A stretch of DNA of 64,000 nt, from assembly GCA_026397315.1 (NCBI GenBank), contig JAPLVC010000002.1, positions 32,001 through 96,000 on the forward strand. The letters are read 5' to 3'. A program made the position numbers and the translations under genes. Source of the DNA: Candidatus Aenigmatarchaeota archaeon. GTDB taxonomy: Archaea > Aenigmatarchaeota > Aenigmatarchaeia > QMZP01 > QMZT01. The notes under the pieces are model-generated. The model searched no databases. It was not told where the DNA came from and saw nothing but the letters and a program-made list of their open reading frames with translations. Below are positions 47,817 through 57,789 of this stretch, in pieces; the stretch's first letter is position 1, and each line of letters begins with the position of its first letter.

Positions 47817-48830
47817 TTAGAAAAGCATGCCCGTAGCGTGCTCCGCGTTTCCGATGGCCTTGCCGAGCTCCTTTGACGTGATTTTCGTTCCACTCGCCTT
47901 GTCTTCGAGCTCGATGTCGGCTATGGTGGCCGGATACTCGTTGTAAACGAGCTTGTTAGGTATGACGCCGCGCGACTTCTTGCGGAAAGTCCATGAAGAG
48001 TGGGCGTAGGAAACGACGGAGAAGCTTATCCTTTCCTGCTCGTTTTCTCCCGTGACCCTGAAAGTCGGCAGCGCTTCTCCGGACCTTTTCACTTTTATCC
48101 TGTCGAACTTGTGCACCTCTTTCCCGTCGAAAAGCGATATGTCCTTTCTTATGGACTTCCCGAGCACCATGTGGTTCGTGTATGTCATGACGGCCCCGCG
48201 GTCGAAATGGAATATGCCCCAGTACCACGGTATGGCCGGAGCGTTGACGAAGACTCTCTGAAAATATGCGGAGCCGTTTATCTTTTCGCCGTTCACGCTT
48301 CCCGTCAGGTCCGCGTGATTGACCTTCATTATCGAATATCCCTTGTTACCTATGAAATTCCTGTTGTGGTAGCATGCCTTTCTGAAGTCGTGGCTGGCGT
48401 TCTCGATAGCGACGAATTCGAATTTATCACCTATTCTGATTACGCTTCTCTTCCCGTTGATGGAGAATGAGGTCGGTGTTCCGGACTCGGATATCAGGCC
48501 TTTGTCGTTGACCTTTATGTTGCACTGTTCGAGAAGGAAGTTGTGGTGCATCCGCTCGCCGTCGAAATACCACGTGGCAACGGCTCCGTCAAGGTTCCCC
48601 TTGTCAAGCGGCAGTTTCACGCTTATATCGAGATTGTTGCAGTTTATTTTCTTCACGTTCTTGGCGGACCACAGTATCATCAGCTGGCGGGGCTTGGACG
48701 GGTCTTTCGGGTTGTCGAAGAAGAAGAGCCAGAACCACCACCACCACGCCCCTCCGGGCATCCGCTCGTTCTTAATATCGAAGACCCTCTTTTCCAGATC
48801 AACGTGCTTGTCTTTTCTTCCGGCTTTCAT
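47817..48830 (-). CDS. Hypothetical protein (AttH/tocopherol-cyclase-like double beta-barrel suspected)
   Basis: WWWWFWLFFFD and PWYWGIFHFD half-repeats; ATGA overlap with the nop5 stop. Confidence 0.7.
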   Translation of the reverse strand: MKAGRKDKHVDLEKRVFDIKNERMPGGAWWWWFWLFFFDNPKDPSKPRQLMILWSAKNVKKINCNNLDISVKLPLDKGNLDGAVATWYFDGERMHHNFLLEQCNIKVNDKGLISESGTPTSFSINGKRSVIRIGDKFEFVAIENASHDFRKACYHNRNFIGNKGYSIMKVNHADLTGSVNGEKINGSAYFQRVFVNAPAIPWYWGIFHFDRGAVMTYTNHMVLGKSIRKDISLFDGKEVHKFDRIKVKRSGEALPTFRVTGENEQERISFSVVSYAHSSWTFRKKSRGVIPNKLVYNEYPATIADIELEDKASGTKITSKELGKAIGNAEHATGMLF

Positions 48831-49927
48831 TGGCCTTCATCTCCGCCAGAACCTTTGATGAGCGCTTTGACCTTGTTATCGAGGTCTTCTCCCATCTGCC
48901 TGCTGTCGTCGCGCTTGGAATAGAAATCCATCTTGGCCGCCAGCGAAAGCTTTGAAGCGATGAGCCTCGCGACCTTGCCCCTGAGATGCTTCGGCGCCTG
49001 CTGTATGAGCGGGTGTCCGAAAAGCACGCCGTATTTGGGCGCCCTGCCCTGCCCCTTGAGATGGCGGAACAGCGCTTTCTCAGCTCCCAGTAGTTGTATG
49101 GTCGAGCTGGGCATCTTGGCTATTTTTTCCAGGCCGCCCGCCTGGGCGACCAGTCTCGCAGCCAGCAAATGCCCGGCTATTACCGAAAGGTTGGGCATGG
49201 TCTCGGCGCAAACGAGCTCGAGATACTTGGACAGTTTTTCCCTGGTCTTCGTCATCTCAAGAACGGACTTGGCAAAAACGGAAGCGATTTGCGCGTCTTC
49301 TTCGTTAAAATTCATGCCTATCGATTTCGCAGCCAAGTTAGCCAGCTGCTCGTCGCTTATTTTGTCTCGCGAGCCGTATTTCTGCACGATTTCTGCGAAT
49401 CTCTCGTGCGACTTCATTTCCTTCGATAGCTCGGGGAAGTGCAGGCCGTACCATTCGCGCAGGCGCTCGTAAAGCGAGTTGAGGTCGTTCTCGAGCTCAT
49501 CGACTACTCCTATGACCTGAATTATGACCTTGTCCTTGCTGACGGACTTTATCTTCCTGCCGGCGAGGATGACGTTTACCTTGCTCATGAGCACGTTTAT
49601 CTGGGCAGGCGTGACTATCCATTCCGCTTCGGCTGCGAGTTTCCTGAAATCGTCGCTAGCGAGCTTCTTGCCCTTATGGTCCTGCTGCACGATTATGTTC
49701 AGCCCGTCGATGCGCGCCACCTTGTCCATGACTATCTCAACGAATCCCTTCTTCCTCAGCTCCTCGAGGACGGCGCGCTCCTCGTCTATCAGGCCGCCCG
49801 CGCGCGAGGCGTCAAGCCGCTCGGCTATCGCTTCCGCGTCTTTCGGGAAGAGACGCATGGCTATGACCTTGCCGTGCTCGTCGAACGCGAACACGCCTGC
49901 AATGTTATGCGCAACGTAGGCTTTCAT
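48827..49927 (-). CDS. nop5: Nop5 (Nop56/58) C/D sRNP protein
   Basis: REWYGLHFPEL, MPSSTIQLLGAEKALF, PKYG, RGKVAR motifs. Confidence 0.96.
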   Translation of the reverse strand: MKAYVAHNIAGVFAFDEHGKVIAMRLFPKDAEAIAERLDASRAGGLIDEERAVLEELRKKGFVEIVMDKVARIDGLNIIVQQDHKGKKLASDDFRKLAAEAEWIVTPAQINVLMSKVNVILAGRKIKSVSKDKVIIQVIGVVDELENDLNSLYERLREWYGLHFPELSKEMKSHERFAEIVQKYGSRDKISDEQLANLAAKSIGMNFNEEDAQIASVFAKSVLEMTKTREKLSKYLELVCAETMPNLSVIAGHLLAARLVAQAGGLEKIAKMPSSTIQLLGAEKALFRHLKGQGRAPKYGVLFGHPLIQQAPKHLRGKVARLIASKLSLAAKMDFYSKRDDSRQMGEDLDNKVKALIKGSGGDEGQ

Positions 49928-49998
49928 GAAAATCACTTATAGTATATTTACTGACGTTTTATAAAACCGTTTTTATAAGGGCCGCTCAAATATTTATT

Positions 49999-50826
49999 AT
50001 GGACATGCAGAAGGCGATACTCGTTCTCATAGTCGTCGTCCTGCTCGGAGGCCTGGCTTTCGAGCTCAAGTACATTGAGGAGGCGCTGGTGGGGGCGACA
50101 CTCTCCGTCGAGGAGCAGTGCAACAAGATGTGCTCGCAGAAAGGCGAAGTCGCTTACGTGACCGAGAACACCTGTTACTGCAAGGAGCCCATCACCTTTC
50201 GCAATCAATGGAGATGCTTCTGGAACGTGACATTCGAGAATGACGATGAGTTCTCGCCAAAGGTCAACACGAGCGCGGTACGCAACATAGCCGTCAAGTC
50301 AGTGGTCAAATATTCCGCTCCGAATGCGCCGGCGACAAAAGTCTTCGGCGTCTACAACGAGGTCTCCAACAGGATCTATTATGTCTCCGACCCGAGGAAA
50401 GACGAATATGTTGCAACTCCAATGGAGACGTGGGATGCGATGGGAGGCGACTGCGACGACTATTCAATCCTGCTCACCAGCATGTATGAGGCGATAGGCA
50501 TGGACGCCAGCATCGTCGAAGTTTACAGGCCGGACAAGGGACACGTTTTCATCATATTGAAGGTGGAGCAGGACCTGGACTCGTTCCTGAAGTTCTACAA
50601 GAACATACTGGAGAGGTATACGCCATACTTCAGCGAGAAGCCGTTCAACTTCGTTGTTTTCGGCGAGAACAGCAAGGAGTGCGAGACGCTCCAGAAGACG
50701 CTCGAGATGGGCAAGAACATCGACTCTTTCTATATCGTCATTGACAGCACGACCGGCGACTATCCCGGCAGCCGCGACGCTTTCGATGGCTACGACACTA
50801 CTACGTTCATAAACACGGGCGAATAG
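49999..50826 (+). CDS. Membrane-anchored transglutaminase-like Cys protease domain protein
   Basis: N-terminal TM; YVSDP, P.ETW...GGDCDDY, GHVF, IDST (Cys-His-Asp triad). Confidence 0.8.
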   Translation: MDMQKAILVLIVVVLLGGLAFELKYIEEALVGATLSVEEQCNKMCSQKGEVAYVTENTCYCKEPITFRNQWRCFWNVTFENDDEFSPKVNTSAVRNIAVKSVVKYSAPNAPATKVFGVYNEVSNRIYYVSDPRKDEYVATPMETWDAMGGDCDDYSILLTSMYEAIGMDASIVEVYRPDKGHVFIILKVEQDLDSFLKFYKNILERYTPYFSEKPFNFVVFGENSKECETLQKTLEMGKNIDSFYIVIDSTTGDYPGSRDAFDGYDTTTFINTGE

Positions 50827-50981
50827 TTCGCTAGTTCGCATAACGTTCAATGTAACAAATAGTATATTCATATAAAATTTTAAGCGGCTTTTTTCTCGCC
50901 ATAACAAACGGTTAATGTTCAGGAACGGGGGGTGGGTCTGAAAGGGGTGACTGGAAATAGTACAAACGTATGAGTATTCGC

Positions 50982-51833
50982 CTAAAAATTGAAATCCGTT
51001 GCAATGGAATTGCCGTTGTTCGAGAGCATCCACCAGCCGCGCACTTTGCTATCCTTGATGTAAAATCTGAGTTTTCTCATCTCGTTCTTGACCGTGTATA
51101 CGTCCACGTCGAACAGTTCGTCGCTTTCGCTGTAGCCGAATACTCTTCTGACTTCAGCCGCATAAATGGGGGAGTGGTCGCCGTTCATGAGATGCTCCGC
51201 AACGACGTCTCTCACGTTTTGCAGATAAGCTGGCAGCGAACGGTAATATTTGTCCAGTATTCTCTGCGGCCTTTCCCTTGTCCTGTCGTCTATGCCGCTT
51301 TGCTCTATAAGATGTGTAATGTCGCCGCTGTGGCCGCAGTCTATGGCCGAGCCGAACGCAAGAAACTGCATGTCCTCCGGCTTGAGGAGGGTTTTGCTCT
51401 TCCTCGTTTCGCGCAGGAGCTTCTGCGCGGTCTTTGGGTCGCTCAGCAGGAGTTTGTAAAGAATGCGGACATCCCCTGTATTACTGTTGACGTATTCGCC
51501 GCCGTTGTATTTCTTAATCCATGCGTATATGTTTCTCGCGACGTCTTCGGTCACGCCTTCAATGCCGTGCACTTCAGGGTTGGCCGTGGCGACGTCGTCG
51601 GGGACTGGTCCCTTGAATTCATCGATTGCCCAGACGCTGCCTTTCGGATCCATTTGCACTCTGTTAGATGTAAGCACGCCCAAAAGAATCAATGCGGGAA
51701 TGAAACCTGATTTTCTTTTTGGCGACTCTCCGGTTTCAATTTCCAAGTTCACGACTTTTTTGGCGTCCAACATGTCGGGCGTGTATTTTTCAAGGGCTGC
51801 TTTCCACGGATCCGGTTTGGCATGCTTCCACAT
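50982..51833 (-). CDS. Hypothetical protein
   Basis: 283-aa ORF with a hydrophobic segment near residue 45. Confidence 0.65.
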   Translation of the reverse strand: MWKHAKPDPWKAALEKYTPDMLDAKKVVNLEIETGESPKRKSGFIPALILLGVLTSNRVQMDPKGSVWAIDEFKGPVPDDVATANPEVHGIEGVTEDVARNIYAWIKKYNGGEYVNSNTGDVRILYKLLLSDPKTAQKLLRETRKSKTLLKPEDMQFLAFGSAIDCGHSGDITHLIEQSGIDDRTRERPQRILDKYYRSLPAYLQNVRDVVAEHLMNGDHSPIYAAEVRRVFGYSESDELFDVDVYTVKNEMRKLRFYIKDSKVRGWWMLSNNGNSIATDFNF

Positions 51834-51911
51834 AATATCACAATATGTATATTTGTCACTTGATAGTAAGAATTTATAGAAAGAGGATTTTTAAAGCCTT
51901 TCAGGATGTTT

Positions 51912-52967
51912 TCAGGCCTTCTCGATGTAAAGGAACGCGCGCTCCTTGAACGTTTCCCAGTTGTTGACCAGCGCGCCCGATGATTTCACGTGCCCGCCGC
52001 CCGAGCCTATGCCGTCAGAAGCGAATTTCGCCAGATCGCCGACGTTCACTTTGCCTTCCTGGCAGCGCAGGGATATCTTCCAAAAGTCACCGGATTTCTT
52101 TCTTATTATGATTATCGCTTCAGGGTGCTTCTCCGCGGTTATGGTCGCTATTATCGACGTGATGTTCATCTTGCTGCGTATCTCGTAGAATATGATTTTC
52201 TTGTCGGGTACGGTCTCCTTATTCTTCTCGAAATCGTCCACTATTTTCTTGACCTCGCCCTGGACTATTTCATTCCATCGTTTGAGCTCTTCCGAACTTC
52301 TAAGATCGTCGTATTTCTGGCTCCTGACTATGAGATTCAGCGACTTCCCCGCGCCTTCCGCTCCCTTGAGGGTTATAGAAGATGAGATGATATCGGACGC
52401 GCGGAAAAGCGACTCGCACGGCGGGTCCATCTTCTTCTCATCATACTCTTTCATCATCCACGCGCAGTCCTTCATGCCGTAGTCGCCTATCAGGCCGATG
52501 ATGGCAATCCACATCCAGCGGTCGACTTCGAAACCCATGCTCTTGAGCAGTTGGAACATCACGCACGACGCCGGTATGTAGGCGTCGCCATGGAACATGG
52601 GGTTTATGTGCACCAGCGTTTCGCAGTTCATGTCCTTTACGGGAATGTGGTGGTCGAGTATCATCATCTTCATGCCAGCGACGTTCTCCTGAAGTTTATG
52701 GATTTTCTTCCATTCCTGGTCCACGGGTATGTCCAGGAAGACGAGAACGTCGGGCCTTTTTTCAATCAATGACTTGAGAAAATCGTTGTCTATGACCGGC
52801 CCTTCGCGCGGCAGGGTCTCGAAGCCCGAGAAGAACTTGAGAAACAACGAAGCAGAGCATACGCCGTCGGCGTCCCTGTGGTAAACGAGAATCTTGCGTC
52901 CGCTACCGTCCATCCATGCCTTTATCCTGGCGATGTCGGGTTTGCCTATGATTTTATCTGCCCGCAT
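51912..52967 (-). CDS. DHH/DHHA1 phosphoesterase (RecJ-like)
   Basis: HRDADG, LDHH, INP, GDY, SLR, GGGH..SSG motifs. Confidence 0.9.
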   Translation of the reverse strand: MRADKIIGKPDIARIKAWMDGSGRKILVYHRDADGVCSASLFLKFFSGFETLPREGPVIDNDFLKSLIEKRPDVLVFLDIPVDQEWKKIHKLQENVAGMKMMILDHHIPVKDMNCETLVHINPMFHGDAYIPASCVMFQLLKSMGFEVDRWMWIAIIGLIGDYGMKDCAWMMKEYDEKKMDPPCESLFRASDIISSSITLKGAEGAGKSLNLIVRSQKYDDLRSSEELKRWNEIVQGEVKKIVDDFEKNKETVPDKKIIFYEIRSKMNITSIIATITAEKHPEAIIIIRKKSGDFWKISLRCQEGKVNVGDLAKFASDGIGSGGGHVKSSGALVNNWETFKERAFLYIEKA

Positions 52968-53023
52968 AAAGCATGTTCTAATTTATGATATTTAAAGGTT
53001 TTTCTGCCCTTCAGTCAATCAGT

Positions 53024-53167
53024 TTAAACGTGCGGAAAAAAGTAGACTATCAGGAAAAGTATTATGCCCAGGATGAGCATCGGTATGCCCATCTTCATGC
53101 TCTCGCGGCCGGAGCCGAGTAATAATATGCCCACGACGAAGCCCACGACTATGTATATGACCGCGAA
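53024..53167 (-). pseudogene. Two-TM membrane protein fragment overlapping the ileS 3' end
   Basis: FAVIYIVVGFVVGILLLGSGRESMKMGIPMLILGIILFLIVYFFPHV-stop with host-like codons; no ATG before the first helix (a GTG start is possible). Confidence 0.5.
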
Positions 53168-56100
53168 CCGGCGCGCTCGAAATAGACCTTGACTTTCTTG
53201 CCTTCGAACTCGAGCGTGCCCTTTATTCCGACCTTGTGCGGCAGGCCCTTGTGCAGCTTCTGCGCGCCCACTTCCCTGAGAACCATCTCTTTGCTGCGCT
53301 CTAACAACGTCTCGGCCTTGCCTTCCGCTTCGACCCAGAGCTCAATCCTTTCGTTCACGTTCAGGCCTTCCTTCTTCCTCGCCATCTGTATCGTTCTCAT
53401 GAGCTCGCGCGCGAAAGCCTTGTCTTCCAGAACGTCGCCCAACGCTAGTTCTCCGTGCTCGAACGCCAGCTTCTCTTTCTGCTCAAGACCCTTGACGAAT
53501 ACGACCTTCTCGACGTTGGCCATGTTGCGCAGAATCGGGCTCATGTTTTTCAGCGCGCTCTCGGCCGCCTCGCCATTCGCCGCGATTATCAGCTCTGACA
53601 CGGGCCACTTCAGCTTTATCTCGGTCTTCTGGCGCAGCGAATTCGCGGCCTCTATCGCCGTCTTCGCGAGAACCATGGAATCTTCGATATCCTTCTCGAC
53701 GAGCCCGTCGTCGGCTTTGGGCCACGCGCACAGGTGGACTGAAAGCGGCCTGCCTTTCGAGTAGAACAGCTTCCTGTAAATCTTTTCAGTCACGAACGGC
53801 GTGACGGGCGCCATTAGCCTGACGAGATTCTCCAGCACGTAAAGCACCGTGAACTGGGCCGTGCGCTTGTCTTCGCCTTCATACCACGGCGAAAGCCTGT
53901 CTCGAATCAGCTTGATGTACCAGCGCGAGAAATCGTTGAGTATGAAATCCTCGAAGTTCTTGCCCACGTAGTGGAGCCTGAAGTTTTCCAGGTCGTCCGT
54001 AGTGGATTTTATGAGCGAGTTGAGGCGCGAGATTATCCACTTGTCCTCCAGAGCGAGGTTCTTGAAATGTATTTTTTCCCCGGTTATCCTGGTGTCGGCG
54101 TAGCTCTCGGCGAACACGCTCGTGTTCCATAGCACGTCGAGCACGCGGCGTAGCTCCTTTGCTATTTTCAGCGAGAATAACTGCGTCTCCCACGGGGCGA
54201 CGGACCAGCAGTAGTAAAGGCGCAGCACGTCGGCTTCGACGGCCTTGAGCGCGTCATCGGCGTAAACGACGTTCCCTAGCGATTTCGACATTTTCTCCCC
54301 TTTCTCGTCCAGCGTCCATCCGGTCATGCTGACCGCGTTGTATGGCTTTTTGTCGAAAGCGCCTACGCCGCAGAACATCAGGGAATAGAACCATCCCCTT
54401 ATCTGGTCCTGCGACTCGCAAATCATGTCAACCGGCCACAACGCTTCGAACGTTTGCTTGTTCTTAAGCGGGTAGCCCAGCGAAGCCCAAGGCGAAATGC
54501 CCGAGTCGAACCAGACGTTCATGGTGTCCGGCACGCGCGTCATGTGCTTGCCGCACTGCGAACATTTGAGATGAATCTTGTCGACCGAGTTCTTGTGCAG
54601 GTCGATTTCTTCATCGACCTTTTCGACCGCCTTCTCCCTCAGCTCCTTGCGCGAGCCGATCACGTCTTTATGGCCGCACGCGTCGCATATCCAGATGGGC
54701 AACGGTATACCCCAGAATCGCTGGACTGAAACTGCCCAGTCGTTCGCGTTCTCGAGCCATTTTTCGAAGCGCTCGCCCGCGAATTCGGGAAGCCATTTCA
54801 CGCTCTTGTTTTCCTTGAGCATGCGCTCCTTTATCACGTCGACAGTCAGGAACCACTGCTTGCTGAGCCTGTAAATAAGCGGCGTCTTGCATCTCCAGCA
54901 TAACGGATACGAGTGCGTGACCTTCAGCGTTTTAAGCAGCCGGCCACGCTCTTCCAGATATTCTATTATTTTTTTGTCAGCATCCTTTACGAACAAACCA
55001 GTGAACTCGCCCGTGTCGCTGGTCAGCTTGCCTTCATCATCAACTGGCGACGGTTTTGGCAGCTTGTAATGTTCGCCGACTCGAAAGTCGGTTTCTCCGT
55101 GCCCCGGTGCAGTGTGAACACATCCGCTGCCCGTGTCCATGGTCACGAATTCCTCGACATTCTCGCCGTCATCGGCTTTCATGGCCGTCTTTGCGAGCAG
55201 CTTGCCTGAGACGCCTTTCTTGAAAAGCGGGATTGAAAGTATGACCTGGTGCGCGTTCTCGTTCTTCTTCAATTCGTCCTGCAACGGAATCTGTATGGCG
55301 GGCTCGTATTTCATGCCCGCAAGCGACGAGCCTTTCATCTTCTCCACGATTTCATATTTTTCTATCTCGGCGTCCTTCATCACGTCCTTGAGGCGCTTTT
55401 CGGCGAGAATGAGATACTCGCTTCTCACCTTGACTTTGACATACGTCTCGTCAGGATGGACGGCTATCGCCACGTTCGCCGGCAACGTCCATGGCGTCGT
55501 GGTCCATATGATTATCGAAGTGAACTCCTGGTCAACCAGCGGGAACTTTACGTAAATCGAGAAGTCCGTTATGTCAGTGTAGGAATCCGTCACCTCGTAG
55601 CCTGAAAGCGTCGTCTCACATCTCGGGCACCAGAACACTGGCTTCTCGCCCTCGACGAGCATGCCTTTCTCCCACATCTTCTTGACAGTCCACCATCCGC
55701 TTTCGAGATAATAATTCCTGTAGGTCATGTAAGGCTCGAGCCATCCTCGCCACGCGCCCAGCTGCTTGTAGGTGTCCAGCCACACGCTTTTGTTGCCTTC
55801 GGCCATGGCCTTGCACTCGGCTATGAACCTGTCTATGCCTATGCGCTCGGTTATGTCCTTCTTCGACTTCACGCCCAGATTCTTCTCGACGGCATGCTCG
55901 ATCGGCAGGCCGCCACAATCGAAACCGGGCTGCCACCAGCACTGGTGACCCTGCATGGTCTTGAACTTGGAACATATGTCCTTCGTCGTCGTCGTCTTGA
56001 CGTGGCCCACGTGCGGCACGCCGTTCACATATGGCGGGCCGTCCAGCAGGTAGTACTTCGTTCGCTTCACGTCGAGCGTCTTCATGTCGAAGTTGACTAT

Positions 56101-56175
56101 CTGGTCGGGTATTCTGTTCTCTAGCCAGAACTGCATCACTTCTTCCTGTATTTTGCGCGGGTCGTACCTTTCCAT
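53149..56175 (-). CDS. ileS: Isoleucyl-tRNA synthetase
   Basis: DGPPYVNG.PHVGH, WTTTPWTLP, DQIRGWF, KMSKS motifs. Confidence 0.97.
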   Translation of the reverse strand: MERYDPRKIQEEVMQFWLENRIPDQIVNFDMKTLDVKRTKYYLLDGPPYVNGVPHVGHVKTTTTKDICSKFKTMQGHQCWWQPGFDCGGLPIEHAVEKNLGVKSKKDITERIGIDRFIAECKAMAEGNKSVWLDTYKQLGAWRGWLEPYMTYRNYYLESGWWTVKKMWEKGMLVEGEKPVFWCPRCETTLSGYEVTDSYTDITDFSIYVKFPLVDQEFTSIIIWTTTPWTLPANVAIAVHPDETYVKVKVRSEYLILAEKRLKDVMKDAEIEKYEIVEKMKGSSLAGMKYEPAIQIPLQDELKKNENAHQVILSIPLFKKGVSGKLLAKTAMKADDGENVEEFVTMDTGSGCVHTAPGHGETDFRVGEHYKLPKPSPVDDEGKLTSDTGEFTGLFVKDADKKIIEYLEERGRLLKTLKVTHSYPLCWRCKTPLIYRLSKQWFLTVDVIKERMLKENKSVKWLPEFAGERFEKWLENANDWAVSVQRFWGIPLPIWICDACGHKDVIGSRKELREKAVEKVDEEIDLHKNSVDKIHLKCSQCGKHMTRVPDTMNVWFDSGISPWASLGYPLKNKQTFEALWPVDMICESQDQIRGWFYSLMFCGVGAFDKKPYNAVSMTGWTLDEKGEKMSKSLGNVVYADDALKAVEADVLRLYYCWSVAPWETQLFSLKIAKELRRVLDVLWNTSVFAESYADTRITGEKIHFKNLALEDKWIISRLNSLIKSTTDDLENFRLHYVGKNFEDFILNDFSRWYIKLIRDRLSPWYEGEDKRTAQFTVLYVLENLVRLMAPVTPFVTEKIYRKLFYSKGRPLSVHLCAWPKADDGLVEKDIEDSMVLAKTAIEAANSLRQKTEIKLKWPVSELIIAANGEAAESALKNMSPILRNMANVEKVVFVKGLEQKEKLAFEHGELALGDVLEDKAFARELMRTIQMARKKEGLNVNERIELWVEAEGKAETLLERSKEMVLREVGAQKLHKGLPHKVGIKGTLEFEGKKVKVYFERAGSRSYT

Positions 56176-56259
56176 TTTTTCGCCTGTTAAAAGTTGTATA
56201 AACAATATTAATTAATTTGAGAAAACAACGCTAATAAATCTAACTACCAAGAACAAATC

Positions 56260-56481
56260 ATGGAAATGGAGAAAACGGGCGTCATTGTCGCCGCTCTGGT
56301 CATATTCGCCGTCCTTGCGGTAGCGATAACGGCCAACATGACGGGCAACATCATAAGCGACGTGGAAAGCGCCACCAGCCCGGTTATCGGCCTTATTATC
56401 TTGCTGGCGTTCATCGTGGCAGGTTACTTCGTTACGAGAGGCGTTTTGTCAGAGGGCAAATATCACGTAGATGCGCAGTAA
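56260..56481 (+). CDS. Small membrane protein
   Basis: Two TM helices flanking a TGNII motif. Confidence 0.7.
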   Translation: MEMEKTGVIVAALVIFAVLAVAITANMTGNIISDVESATSPVIGLIILLAFIVAGYFVTRGVLSEGKYHVDAQ

Positions 56482-56554
56482 AACCAAAATCAAAAAAACT
56501 GTGCATGCATAATACATTTAAGAAAGTCCGAATAATTGTTAGTCAAGGTGAACT

Positions 56555-56707
56555 ATGAGAGAAGATTTCAGATGCGTTTCCTGCGGCCACACTTTTGAAT
56601 ACGACTTCAGCAGCGGCAGAGAAAAGGCGTTACACTGCCCCAAATGCAAGCAGCTGTGGAAGATAGAGCAGGGCACGGGCAGCTTCAGGCTGAGCATGTG
56701 GATTTGA
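56555..56707 (+). CDS. Small zinc-ribbon protein (50 aa)
   Basis: MREDFRCVSCGHTF...HCPKCK...; GGTGA SD; below the ORF-track cutoff. Confidence 0.75.
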   Translation: MREDFRCVSCGHTFEYDFSSGREKALHCPKCKQLWKIEQGTGSFRLSMWI

Positions 56708-56759
56708 GCACATTTCGAACAAATTCAAATTATTGGCTTTTCGGAATATATCATGCCTA

Positions 56760-57227
56760 TTAGATAACCTTGCTCAGCAGTTTGTATATCTGTTCCCCTG
56801 CTCCTATCGCTACGCCCAAATCTAGCGCGTGAGTCATAATTCTTCCAGTTATATATCCCGGTCGATAACCCTCTTTCTGCTTTAACTCATCTTTCCATTC
56901 ATTTTTCACATCTAACAGGTCGAAATTCAGGAAGTTTTTATATAGTTTTCCAAAACCAAATCTCTGAGGTAAACTCATTAGTATCCCGTCAGATATTCCT
57001 AGTCCGAGTCCTTGCATGAAAATTGGCAACTTTCTCGGTTCACCATATCTACCAGATGTTGCATTGTAAACCTCATTTAAAAATACATGTTCATCAGGCT
57101 GATCTCCGTTCACTCCCAGTAGATGCTTTTTGGTAAGTTCAACTACAGCATCCATTTCCTCTTTACTCATAATTTTTTTCTCAGTCATTTTCATCACCTC
57201 ACTTATACTCTTAATATCCCTGGCCAA
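56760..57227 (-). CDS. Hypothetical protein, AT-rich
   Basis: 155-aa ORF; may start at an internal ATG after GAGGTGA. Confidence 0.65.
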   Translation of the reverse strand: MARDIKSISEVMKMTEKKIMSKEEMDAVVELTKKHLLGVNGDQPDEHVFLNEVYNATSGRYGEPRKLPIFMQGLGLGISDGILMSLPQRFGFGKLYKNFLNFDLLDVKNEWKDELKQKEGYRPGYITGRIMTHALDLGVAIGAGEQIYKLLSKVI

Positions 57228-57649
57228 AGTTCCTCTGTTACTTTAATGTCATCGCGAAATTCAGGATCATTGTAATATCCCTTTTCTACCAGAGCTTCTT
57301 TTAATTTTTTTGTTAATCCCCGAACAACCTTGCTGCTATCAAGAAATTTGCGAGTGTCTGTTTGGTTGAAAAGACCACTAACTGTTTTTAGATATGAATT
57401 TTTTAGACCTGGATAATGCAGAAAATCAGGTTCTTCTACAACTAATTTCAAAACCTCCCTCAACGCATACACTCCGGCAGCAGCCACTTTACCTGTTGAA
57501 AGAGGAGTTTTTGTTGGAACGTCGTATCCCATTCCTGCACGACAAATGATATCGATAAGATCTTGTCCGCTACCTAGGCCATCTTTCTGCAGTCTCCTCG
57601 CAGTTGATCTATATCCATTCATGAATTCCTTTTGATATTGATTCATCAC
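57203..57649 (-). CDS. Hypothetical protein, AT-rich
   Basis: 148-aa ORF with GGGGTGA SD. Confidence 0.65.
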   Translation of the reverse strand: MMNQYQKEFMNGYRSTARRLQKDGLGSGQDLIDIICRAGMGYDVPTKTPLSTGKVAAAGVYALREVLKLVVEEPDFLHYPGLKNSYLKTVSGLFNQTDTRKFLDSSKVVRGLTKKLKEALVEKGYYNDPEFRDDIKVTEELWPGILRV

Positions 57650-57729
57650 ATCACCCCTATTTCTGAATATTTTTTATTTGTAATTTTTTATCACCTAATG
57701 ATAGTATCGTATTGGGATATAAAAATTTA

Positions 57730-57750
57730 ACCACCTACCATGGTAGTGGT
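57730..57750. promoter_or_regulatory. Palindromic operator candidate between the TrmB gene and a divergent ORF pair
   Basis: Perfect 12-bp CTACCATGGTAG (57735-57746) with ACCA/TGGT flanks. Confidence 0.55.
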
Positions 57751-57789
57751 AAAAATAACATTTAAAAACCCGCTTGGCGATATATTTTT

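Noticed and set aside
50900-50970. G-rich tract with GGGGTGA SD-like site between convergent genes
   Set aside because: No convincing ORF follows and only three G-runs of 3 or more nt are present; possibly a relic 5' UTR but unsupported
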